DNA of 64,000 bases from Bacillota bacterium (GTDB lineage: Bacteria > Bacillota > UBA994). The position numbers and the translations under genes were made by a program. Below the pieces are notes generated by a model, which was given only the letters and a program-made list of their open reading frames with translations, did no database searches and was not told the DNA's origin. This document shows, in pieces, positions 40,516-49,396 of this stretch. The stretch is taken from contig WSXW01000008.1 in NCBI GenBank assembly GCA_009773495.1, forward strand, positions 64,050-128,049. Direction: 5' to 3'. Numbering within the stretch: position 1 is the stretch's first letter; every line of letters begins with the position of its first letter.

Positions 40516-40539
40516 GGTCATGTTTCACGATTCATGTTT
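40516..40539 (+). repeat. right inverted repeat of IVS-like cassette 1
   Basis: ggtcatgtttcacgattcatgttt is the reverse-complement match of 40068-40091. Confidence 0.65.
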
Positions 40540-40565
40540 CATGATTACTAAAGGGAGGTGCCCCC

Positions 40566-41381
40566 ATGTCCAAACTCATCATAACCGCCGCACTCGTTGG
40601 TGCAGAGGTTACGCGTGAGCAGACGCCTTATATTCCGTTAACGCCCGCAGAGATTGCCGACGCAGCGTTCGACTGCTACCAAGCTGGCGCAAGTATCGTA
40701 CATATTCATGTGCGGGATAAAGATGGAAAAGCAACACAAGACAAGGCCGTTTTTGCAGAGACTATTAGGCTCATTAAAGAGAAGTGCGATATTATCGTGC
40801 AGATATCTACCGGTGGGGCTGTAACCGCAAGGATAGAGGAGAGGATTGCGCCTATAGGTCTTAAGCCTGAAATGGCCACCCTCAGCACCGGAACGGTTAA
40901 CTTCGGGGCAGATATTTTCCTTAACACCCAAGAGTATATGGAGAAGATTGCCCGGGCCATACAAGAGAACGGTGTAAAGGCTGAGGTAGAGGTCTTTGAA
41001 GTGGGAATGATACAGAATGCTCTCAATCTAGTTAAGAAGGGCTTACTGTCTGAGCCGGTCCACTTTGACTTTGTGATGGGCGTGCCGGGGGCCTTACCTG
41101 GTACACCAAAGAACTTGATGCATTTAATCGAGAGTATCCCCCAGAATGCTACGTGGACGGTGGCTGGTATAGGCCGGGCTGAGCTGCCCTTGGCAGTGAT
41201 GTCCATTGTCCTTGGCGGCCACGTGCGGGTGGGGTTTGAGGATAACATTTTCTACTCACGCGGAGTTCTAGCTAAGAGCAATGCGGAATTGGTAGCTCGC
41301 ATTGTGCGGATAGCAAAGGAGTGCGGCCGCGAGGTCGCCACCCCCAACGAAACCCGCAGAATGCTTGGGATAAAGCAGTAA
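40566..41381 (+). CDS. kce: 3-keto-5-aminohexanoate cleavage enzyme (BKACE/DUF849 family)
   Basis: 271 aa. The N-terminus MSKLIITAALVGAEVTREQTPYIPLTPAEIA is typical of Kce. RBS gggagg. Confidence 0.75.
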   Translation: MSKLIITAALVGAEVTREQTPYIPLTPAEIADAAFDCYQAGASIVHIHVRDKDGKATQDKAVFAETIRLIKEKCDIIVQISTGGAVTARIEERIAPIGLKPEMATLSTGTVNFGADIFLNTQEYMEKIARAIQENGVKAEVEVFEVGMIQNALNLVKKGLLSEPVHFDFVMGVPGALPGTPKNLMHLIESIPQNATWTVAGIGRAELPLAVMSIVLGGHVRVGFEDNIFYSRGVLAKSNAELVARIVRIAKECGREVATPNETRRMLGIKQ

Positions 41382-41406
41382 AGCAGTAGGGACGGAGCCT
41401 ACTGCT
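41382..41406 (+). repeat. conserved hairpin (9-bp stem, GACGGAG loop) immediately after kce stop; second copy at 27159-27183
   Basis: agcagtagg-gacggag-cctactgct. The copy after manC differs at three stem positions; all three changes are G·U wobble-compatible in RNA. Confidence 0.5.
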
Positions 41407-41551
41407 TCCTAGGGCTCAGTGTTTTATCGGGCGCAGGTGTCTTTTTGCTTGTCCGATGTACAGGCATAAATTTGACATTAGGGCAGTATAGTCTATCAAC
41501 AGCAAGAATTGGAGCAGCATAGCAGTTGAACTAAATAAGGAGGTTTGTTCA

Positions 41552-44176
41552 GTGAGAAAGAAGCTTGCCATCTTCGTAGTTCTGATGTTGCTGGTATCCG
41601 TAACTGCTGGTGCAGGAAACTACCCCACATTGCAGCCGCTGACTCCCGCACCGATCATGTGGTCCGGTACTATGATTGACGAAACCCCTGTAGCGTGGTT
41701 TGTTGAACTCTCCGGCTCGCCGTTAGTAGAGGGCGGAAATTATACAGCTCTTTGTAAAGAAAAAGATGCTTTCCGCTCTCAGGTGAAAGACGCTAAGCTA
41801 AAGGTCAAAGAACGATTTGCCTTTGATAGCCTATGGAACGGGTTTTCTGTGAGTGTTGCTCCCGAGGATGTTGACAAGCTCTCCCTGATTCCAGGGGTCA
41901 AGGCCCTATACCCTGTGGTCTTGTTCTCTCTTCCTCCGGTTTATCCTACCGAAACCCCAGAGCTTTTTACGGCCCTTGCTATGACTGGAGCGGACTATGC
42001 ACAGAATGAACTAGGGTTTACCGGCAAGGGAATTAAGGTCGGCGTAATTGACACCGGTATTGACTATACTCACCCGGATTTAGGCGGCGGCTTCGGCCCA
42101 GGGTACCGCGTGTACACAGGGTATGACTTTGTGGGGGATGCCTTCGATGCAAACCCTGCCAATGCTACGTTTAATCCCATCGCCGCACCGAAACTAGACC
42201 CCATGGATAAGGCCGGCCATGGCACCCATGTGGCCGGAATTGTGGGGGCGAAGGGTAGAGTAAAGGGGGTAGCTCCAGAAGTAACCTTTGGTGCCTACAA
42301 GGTATTTGGCACCGTGGGTTCGACCACGGCTGACGTAATATTGGCAGCCATGGAGCGGGCTCTTGCTGATGATATGGATGTAATTAACATGAGTATCGGT
42401 GCTGCATTCCAGTGGCCGCAATATCCCACCGCTGTGGCCAGCGACCGCTTAGTTAGAAAGGGTGTAGTAGTGGTTGCCTCTATCGGCAATAGCGGCACTA
42501 GCGGCTTGTATGCTGTGGGTGCTCCTGGCGTTGGCAAAGACGTTATTGGTGTAGCTTCCTTTGATAACAGCCATGTATACTTGCCGTCTTTCACGGTTTC
42601 TCCTGGTGGGAACGCCGTGGGTTACACAGCTGCTACAGCCGCTCCAGCCCCACCAAAGTCGGGCACTTTCGCTATGGCCCGTACTGGTACAAAAACCTCA
42701 CTGGCTGACGCAGCGAATCCTCTCCCTGCCGGCAGCTTAATCGACAAAGTCGCGCTGATACGGCGCGGTTCAGTAAGTTTTTATCAAAAGGCTCTCAATG
42801 CCCAAAACGCAGGGGCCAGAGGGGTGGTGCTGTACAATAACGCTCCAGGCAGTGTAAGCCCGACTGTGGCAGGTGCTGTTCCTATCACTATCCCCGTAGT
42901 GATGATTTCTCAGGTTGAAGGTGAACAAATCGACGATCTGTTTACTGCAGGCCATACTGTAGGAATTACCTGGACCGAAAATATGGTCAGTTCACCCAAT
43001 GCTACAGGCGGTCGCATTTCTTCCTTCAGCTCCTATGGTTTAGCACCTGATCTCAGCCTGAAACCCGACCTAGGTGCCCCCGGCGGCCAAATTTACTCCG
43101 CTTACCCCATGGCTCTTGGCGGCTATGCTACTCTGAGTGGCACTTCAATGTCTTCCCCTCATGTAGCAGGTGCGGCAGCACTGTTATTGCAGGCCAGACC
43201 CGAAATTTCGGCCAAGGCTGTCCGCACGATTTTGCAGAATGCTGCCCAGCCTAAAAACTGGCAAGGAAATCCTGGCCTAGGGTATCTTGATCAGGTTCAC
43301 CGCCAGGGTGCCGGCATGATTAATATTACAGACGCAATCTTAGCTACCACCAAGATAGAGCCATCCAAACTGGCTCTGGGGGAAAGCGAGTTTGGTCCGT
43401 CGGTAAGTACAATTAGCATTGAGAACGATGGCCCTTCAGCCGTCACCTATACCTTATCACACACACCCGCGCTCGCTACCGGTCCAAACTCCTTCTTAGT
43501 TAGCGCCCAAGCGGGCTTTGCCACTGTAGAATTCAGTGTGCCCAGTATTACTATTGCGGCTGGTGCAACGGCAACTGTACAAGCAACTGTTACGGCCCCT
43601 GGACTGGCGGAGGGTGCGTTATACGGTGGGTACCTAGTGTTCACTGGTAGCGACGAGAGGATCCTACGCGTACCTTACGCTGGCTATAAGGGCGACTACC
43701 AAAAGAGAATAGTACTTACCCCCACTGCTAATATCTTTCCGTGGTTGGCAAGCCTAGAAGGTGGTTCGTACTATAAGCAGGGTGATGCCACCTTCACTTT
43801 CACAAATGGAGACATCCCTTACTTCCTAGTACACTTTGACCATCACCCTCAACTGTTCAAGGCCGAAGTCTATGAGACAGGAACAGGCAAATACATGCAT
43901 CAGGCCTTTGAATACAAATACCTACCCCGCAACTCTACCGCAGGTGGCTTCTTTGCATTTGCCTGGAATGGAGTTGTTACCAAGGGCAACAAAGAATCGA
44001 TGATACCCAATGGTTCTTACGTGGTAAAATTGTCGGTACTAAAGGCGCTTGGTGACGCTTCTAATCCAGAGCATTGGGAAATGTGGACGTCACCTGTGAT
44101 AAAAGTTGAAAATGGAGAGAACCCTGTGGATAAGCCCATAGGAAACGACAAGGCCGAGGCTCCTAAAGACAAGTAG
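41552..44176 (+). CDS. S8 family serine peptidase (subtilisin-like, cell-envelope type) with signal peptide, PA-domain insert and C-terminal beta domains
   Basis: VGVIDTGID, HGTHVAG and GTSMSSPHVAG catalytic triad motifs. 874 aa. RBS aaggagg. A terminator follows. Confidence 0.85.
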   Translation: MRKKLAIFVVLMLLVSVTAGAGNYPTLQPLTPAPIMWSGTMIDETPVAWFVELSGSPLVEGGNYTALCKEKDAFRSQVKDAKLKVKERFAFDSLWNGFSVSVAPEDVDKLSLIPGVKALYPVVLFSLPPVYPTETPELFTALAMTGADYAQNELGFTGKGIKVGVIDTGIDYTHPDLGGGFGPGYRVYTGYDFVGDAFDANPANATFNPIAAPKLDPMDKAGHGTHVAGIVGAKGRVKGVAPEVTFGAYKVFGTVGSTTADVILAAMERALADDMDVINMSIGAAFQWPQYPTAVASDRLVRKGVVVVASIGNSGTSGLYAVGAPGVGKDVIGVASFDNSHVYLPSFTVSPGGNAVGYTAATAAPAPPKSGTFAMARTGTKTSLADAANPLPAGSLIDKVALIRRGSVSFYQKALNAQNAGARGVVLYNNAPGSVSPTVAGAVPITIPVVMISQVEGEQIDDLFTAGHTVGITWTENMVSSPNATGGRISSFSSYGLAPDLSLKPDLGAPGGQIYSAYPMALGGYATLSGTSMSSPHVAGAAALLLQARPEISAKAVRTILQNAAQPKNWQGNPGLGYLDQVHRQGAGMINITDAILATTKIEPSKLALGESEFGPSVSTISIENDGPSAVTYTLSHTPALATGPNSFLVSAQAGFATVEFSVPSITIAAGATATVQATVTAPGLAEGALYGGYLVFTGSDERILRVPYAGYKGDYQKRIVLTPTANIFPWLASLEGGSYYKQGDATFTFTNGDIPYFLVHFDHHPQLFKAEVYETGTGKYMHQAFEYKYLPRNSTAGGFFAFAWNGVVTKGNKESMIPNGSYVVKLSVLKALGDASNPEHWEMWTSPVIKVENGENPVDKPIGNDKAEAPKDK

Positions 44177-44205
44177 AAGATACGAACTGAACAAGAGTAA
44201 CTACT

Positions 44206-44238
44206 AGAGGCCCGGGCAATCCGGGCCTCTACTTCTTT
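44206..44238 (+). terminator. rho-independent terminator after S8 peptidase
   Basis: agaggcccgg-gcaat-ccgggcctct followed by acttcttt. Confidence 0.7.
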
Positions 44239-44367
44239 GGCGCTACCATTAGGTTGGCTTTCACTTACTTTTGCGTAGCCTTACAAGGAATGCGCTCCTT
44301 AACATAGAATAGGTAATAGCTAGACATGCCATGATATTTCTAGAGTTGTCAGAAGGGAGATGGAATA

Positions 44368-45036
44368 GTGAAGGGTAAAATAAGGATAGCACAGGAAGCT
44401 CTCGCCGGACTCAAAGACGGAATGACTGTTATGATCGGTGGGTTCTTGGGGGTAGGTGCGCCAGAGGGGCTAGTGACAGAGGTGTTGGAGAAGGGCACTA
44501 CGGATCTCACCGTAATCGGAAATGATACTGGCTTCCCGGATAAGGGTATCGGCCGTTTAATCGTCGCCAAGAAGATTAAAAAGGTCATTGCCTCGCACGT
44601 CGGCACTAACCCCGAGACGGGGCGGCAGATGAATGCTGGGGAGACAGAGGTAGTCTTGGCACCACAGGGTACGTTGGCGGAGCAGGTTCGCGCTGCTGGT
44701 GCCGGCCTTGGGGGGATACTCACGCCAACCGGCGTAGGCACAGTAATAGAAGAGGGAAAACAGAAGATTACTGTAGACGGTAAGGAATACTTACTAGAAC
44801 TACCTATACATGCGGACTATGCACTTATTAGGGCTTATAAGGCTGACGAAAAAGGCAACCTGGTATATCGCCGTTCCGCACGCAATTTTAACCCTCTTAT
44901 GGCTATGGCCGCTAAGGTAGTTGTGGCTGAGGTGGAGCAAATTGTAGCGGTAGGAGAGATAGATCCTGACGAAGTCGTAACCCCAGGGCTTTTTGTGACC
45001 TACCTCGTGAAAAAGGGGGGCTCTGGCTGTGAGTAA
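44368..45036 (+). CDS. 3-oxoacid CoA-transferase subunit A (AtoD/ScoA-like)
   Basis: 222 aa family-I CoA-transferase alpha subunit with typical glycine-rich N-terminal region. Confidence 0.8.
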   Translation: MKGKIRIAQEALAGLKDGMTVMIGGFLGVGAPEGLVTEVLEKGTTDLTVIGNDTGFPDKGIGRLIVAKKIKKVIASHVGTNPETGRQMNAGETEVVLAPQGTLAEQVRAAGAGLGGILTPTGVGTVIEEGKQKITVDGKEYLLELPIHADYALIRAYKADEKGNLVYRRSARNFNPLMAMAAKVVVAEVEQIVAVGEIDPDEVVTPGLFVTYLVKKGGSGCE

Positions 45037-45688
45037 GGATATTAAGCGCGAGCGCATCGCCAGGCGCGTGGCCATGGAGCTAAGCGATGGCATGGTCGTC
45101 AACCTCGGTATTGGTATACCGACCTTTGTGGCTAATTTTGTGCCTGAGGGTATCGATGTAATGTTCCAGTCGGAGAACGGTTTTGTGGGCTTAGGCCCGG
45201 CCCCGAGCCCGGATAACATTGACCCAGATATCACTAACGCCGGAGCCCAACCGGTAACCATACTCCCGGGCGGAGCCTGTTTTGACTCCGCTACTTCGTT
45301 TGCAATTATCCGCGGTGGGCACGTGGATTTAACGGTATTAGGGGCACTAGAGGTAGACGAAAAGGGTAACCTCGCTAACTGGATGGTGCCAGGCAAGATT
45401 GTCCCAGGTATGGGCGGAGCAATGGATTTGACCGTAGGAGCCAAGCGGGTAATCATTGCTATGGAACACACTGCTAAAGGTAACCCTAAAATCCTGCCGT
45501 TGTGCACGCTGCCCCTCACAGCGAAGGAGCAAGTGGATCTGATTGTTACGGATATGGCGGTGATTGAGGTGATTCCGGCGGGATTGGTCTTGAAAGAGAT
45601 TGCTCCGGATACCACGGTGGAAGAGGTTGTCGCTGCCACAGCTGCGAAGCTGATAGTGTCGGCTCATGTAGCTGTCATGGCTGTTTAG
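45029..45688 (+). CDS. 3-oxoacid CoA-transferase subunit B (AtoA/ScoB-like)
   Basis: 219 aa beta subunit with the catalytic-Glu region motif ENG ([11 protein letters not shown]). Overlaps the subunit A stop. Confidence 0.8.
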   Translation: MSKDIKRERIARRVAMELSDGMVVNLGIGIPTFVANFVPEGIDVMFQSENGFVGLGPAPSPDNIDPDITNAGAQPVTILPGGACFDSATSFAIIRGGHVDLTVLGALEVDEKGNLANWMVPGKIVPGMGGAMDLTVGAKRVIIAMEHTAKGNPKILPLCTLPLTAKEQVDLIVTDMAVIEVIPAGLVLKEIAPDTTVEEVVAATAAKLIVSAHVAVMAV

Positions 45689-45694
45689 GGGTAG

Positions 45695-45726
45695 CCAAAG
45701 CAGTTCCCCTTTGGTTGGTTTTTTTG
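45695..45726 (+). terminator. putative terminator after CoA-transferase genes
   Basis: ccaaag-cagttccc-ctttgg followed by ttggttttttt. Confidence 0.5.
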
Positions 45727-45755
45727 ATTTTATTAACTTCGAGGAGGTCCCCCAC

Positions 45756-46400
45756 ATGAAATTCTTCTTAGACACTGCTAACGTCGACGAGATCCGCAAA
45801 GCAGTAAAGCTCGGCGTTATAGCCGGCGTTACCACCAACCCCACCCTCATAGCCAAGGAGGGCAAGGAGTTTCATCCTACCGTAAAGGAAATCTGCGCCA
45901 CCACACCCGGACCTGTGAGCGCAGAAGCGATCAGCCTAGACGTGGAGGGCCTGCTGCGCGAAGCCCGCGAGCTAGCCGCGCTTGCTCCTAATGTTGTCGT
46001 TAAAATACCCATGACCGAAGCTGGGCTCGAAGCTGTTGCTACCCTCACTAAAGAAGGCATTAAGACCAACGTGACTTTAATTTTCTCTGCCAACCAAGCC
46101 CTCCTCGCTGCCCGCGCTGGCGCTAGCTACGTATCTCCCTTTGTCGGGCGCTTAGACGATATCTCCAGCCCCGGCATGAAGGTAGTCGAAGACATTGCTG
46201 ATATCTTCGCCATCCACGACCTCCCTACTGAGATAATTGCCGCCTCCATCCGCCACCCACAACACGTGCACGAAGCAGCCCTCGCTGGCGCGCATATCGC
46301 TACGGTGCCGTACAAGGTAGTGCAGCAGATGATAAGTCATCCGTTGACGACGAGTGGGATAGAGAGATTTATGGATGATTGGAAGAAAGTGAGTAAGTAG
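45756..46400 (+). CDS. tal: fructose-6-phosphate aldolase / short transaldolase family protein
   Basis: [16 protein letters not shown]...VTTNPTL with Schiff-base Lys context (VVVKIP). RBS gaggagg. The ORF track starts at 45711. Confidence 0.8.
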   Translation: MKFFLDTANVDEIRKAVKLGVIAGVTTNPTLIAKEGKEFHPTVKEICATTPGPVSAEAISLDVEGLLREARELAALAPNVVVKIPMTEAGLEAVATLTKEGIKTNVTLIFSANQALLAARAGASYVSPFVGRLDDISSPGMKVVEDIADIFAIHDLPTEIIAASIRHPQHVHEAALAGAHIATVPYKVVQQMISHPLTTSGIERFMDDWKKVSK

Positions 46401-46406
46401 ACTTTA

Positions 46407-46428
46407 GTTCTCAGTTCTCAGTGCCCAG
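46407..46428 (+). repeat. left inverted repeat of IVS-like cassette 2 (gttctcagttctcagtgcccag)
   Basis: 19/22 match to the reverse complement of 46851-46873. Contains an internal tandem agttctc repeat. Confidence 0.6.
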
Positions 46429-46447
46429 AAAAGGGGTGTGATCTCAT

Positions 46448-46801
46448 ATGCCCAAAGGATTTGTGCAGTTGAAGGTGTGGCAGCAGGTCAGGATAATGGC
46501 TAAGGAAGTATATAACTTGACAGAACAGTTCCCCAATAGGGAACAGTACTCTTTGGCATAGCAGATGCGTAGAGCCGCTGTATCAGTGATGTCAAACATC
46601 GCTGAAGGGCAAGGTAGGTTTACACGGAAGGACTTCCGCCACTTTCTTTTTATGTCCCGAGGTTCTCTACTGGAGTTGCACAGTTGTCTTATTCTTTCTA
46701 TCGACTTGGGTTATCTTGACCGAGACCCTGTATTCGCTTGTTACAAACACTGCAACCAGATTGGGCGTATGCTAAACGGCCTTATTGCATCATTAGTATA
46801 G
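46448..46801 (+). pseudogene. four-helix-bundle protein (Avd / 23S rRNA IVS protein family) interrupted by in-frame TAG at 46559-46561
   Basis: MPKGFVQLKVWQQV...EQYSLA*QMRRAAVSVMSNIAEGQGR...GSLLEL. The stop replaces the conserved Ser of the ...G L T/S S Q... motif. Confidence 0.6.
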
Positions 46802-46850
46802 AACGAAAGACGGGGATGCAGCAGAAGCCTAGGACTACGAGTGCTGGGAT

Positions 46851-46873
46851 CCGAGCACCGAGAACTGAGAACC
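46851..46873 (+). repeat. right inverted repeat of IVS-like cassette 2
   Basis: ccgagcaccgagaactgagaacc. Preceded by a small palindrome gtgctgggatccgagcac. Confidence 0.6.
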
Positions 46874-46894
46874 AACCAGATAAGGGGTGAGATT

Positions 46895-47863
46895 ATGGAA
46901 AGAGAATTGGCTTTAGAGTTTGTGAGAGTAACGGAAGCCGCCGCCATCGCCTCCGGCCGCCTGATGGGTCGGGGGCAGAAGGAAGCGGCAGATGCCGCTG
47001 CGGTTGACGCCATGCGGGCGATGTTGGATACGGTGCAAATTAAGGGTACCGTTGTTATTGGCGAAGGGGAGATGGATGAGGCCCCGATGCTCTATATTGG
47101 TGAGCGCGTGGGTGGAGCAGATTTTCCGGAGGTAGACATTGCGGTTGACCCGCTAGAAGGTACTAGTCTTGTAGCCAAAGGATTGCCCAATGCCATCGCT
47201 GTATTGGCAGTGGCAGAAAAGGGGGGGCTACTACACGCACCCGATATGTATATGGATAAAATAGCTGTAGGTCCTGAGGCCAGGGGTTGTATTGATTTCG
47301 ACGCCCCGATTAAAGACAACTTGGCGCGTGTAGCGCGGGCTAAGGGGCGCCGTATTGAGGACCTGACGGTGGTAATTTTAGACCGCGACCGCCACGCCAG
47401 AATCATCCGTGAAGTACGGGAAGCCGGTGCGCGCATTAAACTTATCACCGATGGTGATGTGGCACCTGCTGTGGCTACTGCCTTTGGCGAGAGCGGTGTT
47501 GATATGCTGCTCGGCATTGGCGGTGCGCCGGAGGGTGTGCTGGCAGCAGCTGCGCTCAAATGCCTAGGCGGCGAAATGCAGGCCAGGTTAGTACCAGGTT
47601 CGCCTCTGGAGGCAGAACGCGCCCTAGCTATGGGCTTAAAGGATATAGGCTTAGTGCTTACCCTCAACGATTTGGTAAGTAGTAACGACGTTATTTTCGC
47701 TGCCACAGGTATTACTGATGGAGATCTCCTGCGTGGAGTGCGCTACTTTGGCGGAAAAGCCTCAACCCATTCCATTGTCATGCGCAGCAAAACCGGCACC
47801 ATCCGCCTCGTCGAAGCCACGCATATGCTCGATAGGAAGACGTTTGTAAAGCGGGGGTGCTAG
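46895..47863 (+). CDS. glpX: fructose-1,6-bisphosphatase class II
   Basis: [41 protein letters not shown] is the canonical GlpX N-terminus. RBS aaggggtg. The ORF track starts upstream at a GTG at 46841. Confidence 0.85.
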   Translation: MERELALEFVRVTEAAAIASGRLMGRGQKEAADAAAVDAMRAMLDTVQIKGTVVIGEGEMDEAPMLYIGERVGGADFPEVDIAVDPLEGTSLVAKGLPNAIAVLAVAEKGGLLHAPDMYMDKIAVGPEARGCIDFDAPIKDNLARVARAKGRRIEDLTVVILDRDRHARIIREVREAGARIKLITDGDVAPAVATAFGESGVDMLLGIGGAPEGVLAAAALKCLGGEMQARLVPGSPLEAERALAMGLKDIGLVLTLNDLVSSNDVIFAATGITDGDLLRGVRYFGGKASTHSIVMRSKTGTIRLVEATHMLDRKTFVKRGC

Positions 47864-48015
47864 TAGGGCCGGTACGTGGCACATGGCACTTAGCAGGCGG
47901 CTATTTCACACTTTTTTCACACTCCTCTCCCACTCTTGCGATAGCTTGCGGGTAAACTAAGAGTAGCAGGGGAGCAGAATCCAAAATAGTCTTCCCTTCG
48001 AAAAGGAGTGGTTCA

Positions 48016-48537
48016 ATGTTTAAGAAGATTCTTGTTTTTACAGTGTTGTTCTGTCTGATAGCGCAGGGTGCGCTAGCTTCATCCGGGCAGGCTCTGACAG
48101 AAGAAGGCCTCGCAACCCTCAAGGCTAAACTCCTCGAACGCCACGAGGCCCTAGTAGCCAAGGCAGAAGAGGTCCTTGCTAATAAGGACAACCTGCTAGA
48201 GTACATTAAGACTAAGGCTGATGAGTCGCAGGCTAAGGCTCTGGAGCTAGCGCAACAAAGGGCGGCTGAGGCTACAGATCAGGAACTCGCGGCCAAGTGG
48301 CTCAACAAGGCCAACGCTAAGCAAGAGTATAGGACAGCTCACATTGAGAAGAACGCCGACAAGATGGCGGAGAACATGCTTAAGCGCGCCGAAGCAGTTT
48401 TAGAAAATGCGGCCGAGATTCGTACTAAAATCGAAGCGGCAGAGAATTTAGAGGAGCTCCGCGAATTGCGCCCTGACCGTGGTATTAAACGCCCCATGAT
48501 GCGTCTTAAGGGTATCCTAAAGAGGTTCGGGAGATAA
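48016..48537 (+). CDS. secreted alpha-helical/coiled-coil hypothetical protein
   Basis: Signal peptide MFKKILVFTVLFCLIAQGALA followed by A/E/K-rich heptad-like sequence. RBS aaaggag. Confidence 0.5.
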   Translation: MFKKILVFTVLFCLIAQGALASSGQALTEEGLATLKAKLLERHEALVAKAEEVLANKDNLLEYIKTKADESQAKALELAQQRAAEATDQELAAKWLNKANAKQEYRTAHIEKNADKMAENMLKRAEAVLENAAEIRTKIEAAENLEELRELRPDRGIKRPMMRLKGILKRFGR

Positions 48538-48543
48538 AGAGTA

Positions 48544-48700
48544 GCCCGATTGTAGGGGCATCATGCGCCCGATTGTAGGGGCACAACATGTTGTGCCCGC
48601 CAGGCGTTGTAGGGTTGCGCCCAGGGCACGATGCCGTGCCCCTACACCAAACCCCGATTGTAGGGGCACAACATGTTGTGCCCTGGGTCGAACTCCCACC
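48544..48700 (+). repeat. array of palindromic repeat elements (unit about CCCGATTGTAGGGGCACAACATGTTGTGCCC; 2 full + 1 truncated + degenerate/inverted partial copies)
   Basis: Copies at 48544-48560, 48567-48598 and 48652-48690. The perfect 20-bp palindrome gggcacaacatgttgtgccc occurs twice. An inverted partial copy gtgcccctacaccaa lies at about 48635. Confidence 0.75.
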
Positions 48701-48719
48701 CCTAGAGAGAGGGATTATA

Positions 48720-49396
48720 TGCGTAGTATTCACGTGGTGGAGGATGAGCAAAACGTACGCGAGCTTTTGGGCCGTTACCTTGAGCACGAGGGCTACAAGG
48801 TCTATTTGCATGCCAGCGGCGAAGGCGTGCTTGAAGCCTTGCAGGTCAATGGTGCTGACTTAATAGTCTTAGATATTATGCTGCCGGGTATTGATGGCCT
48901 AGAGCTATGCAAACGCATCCGGGCCAAATACGAGACGCCGATTATTTTTGTTTCTGCTCGCAGCGAGGAATTTGACCGAATCCTAGGGATTGAGCTGGGC
49001 GGCGATGATTACTTGGTCAAACCCTTTAGCCCCCGCGAGCTCTTGGCGCGCATACGGGCTATCTTTCGCCGCGTAGACCAACAGCAGTCAGTGGCGGTGA
49101 GCGGGCTCAAACCCTTTAAGGATCTCACTATTGATTCAGCCGCAAGGCTAGTGCGCTGTGGACAGTATACTCTAGATTTCACAAACAAAGAGTTTGAACT
49201 CCTGCTCTACCTGATAGATAATGTCGGCCGCGCTTTTACACGTGAGCAAATGGTTACTGCGGTGTGGGGCTATGCCTATGTAGGCGATAGCCGTTCGGTA
49301 GATGATCTAATTCGCCGCATCCGCAAGAAATTAGACGGCGTATCGACTATCGAGATTAAGACTGTATGGGGCTATGGGTATCGGATTGATGGGTGA
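48720..49396 (+). CDS. OmpR-family response regulator (receiver + winged-helix)
   Basis: MRSIHVVEDEQNVRELL...LDIMLPGIDGLELC...winged-helix C-terminus. RBS gagagaggg. The ORF track extension from 48563 reads through the repeats. Confidence 0.85.

Noticed and set aside
46559-46561. In-frame TAG in the Avd-like gene as pyrrolysine/recoded codon
   Set aside because: It replaces a conserved Ser/Thr position, and no pyl genes or recoding signals are seen in the window. A nonsense mutation is the simpler explanation, so the gene is called a pseudogene.
40128-46801. Diversity-generating retroelement (because Avd-family genes are present)
   Set aside because: No reverse transcriptase ORF or TR/VR repeat pair is detectable anywhere in the window. 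Stand-alone PF05635 genes are common.
48544-48700. Possible CRISPR array (repeated units upstream of a gene)
   Set aside because: Repeat spacing is irregular (23 and 85 bp), the units are themselves palindromic and partly inverted, there are no cas genes, and the same element occurs inside prmC. The pattern fits a REP/MITE-like repeat family rather than CRISPR.
48563-48719. N-terminal extension of the response regulator back to 48563
   Set aside because: The extension translates the palindromic repeat array (RRCRVAPRARCRAPTPNPDCRGTTCCA). A proper RBS and ATG lie at 48720, where the conserved receiver N-terminus begins.
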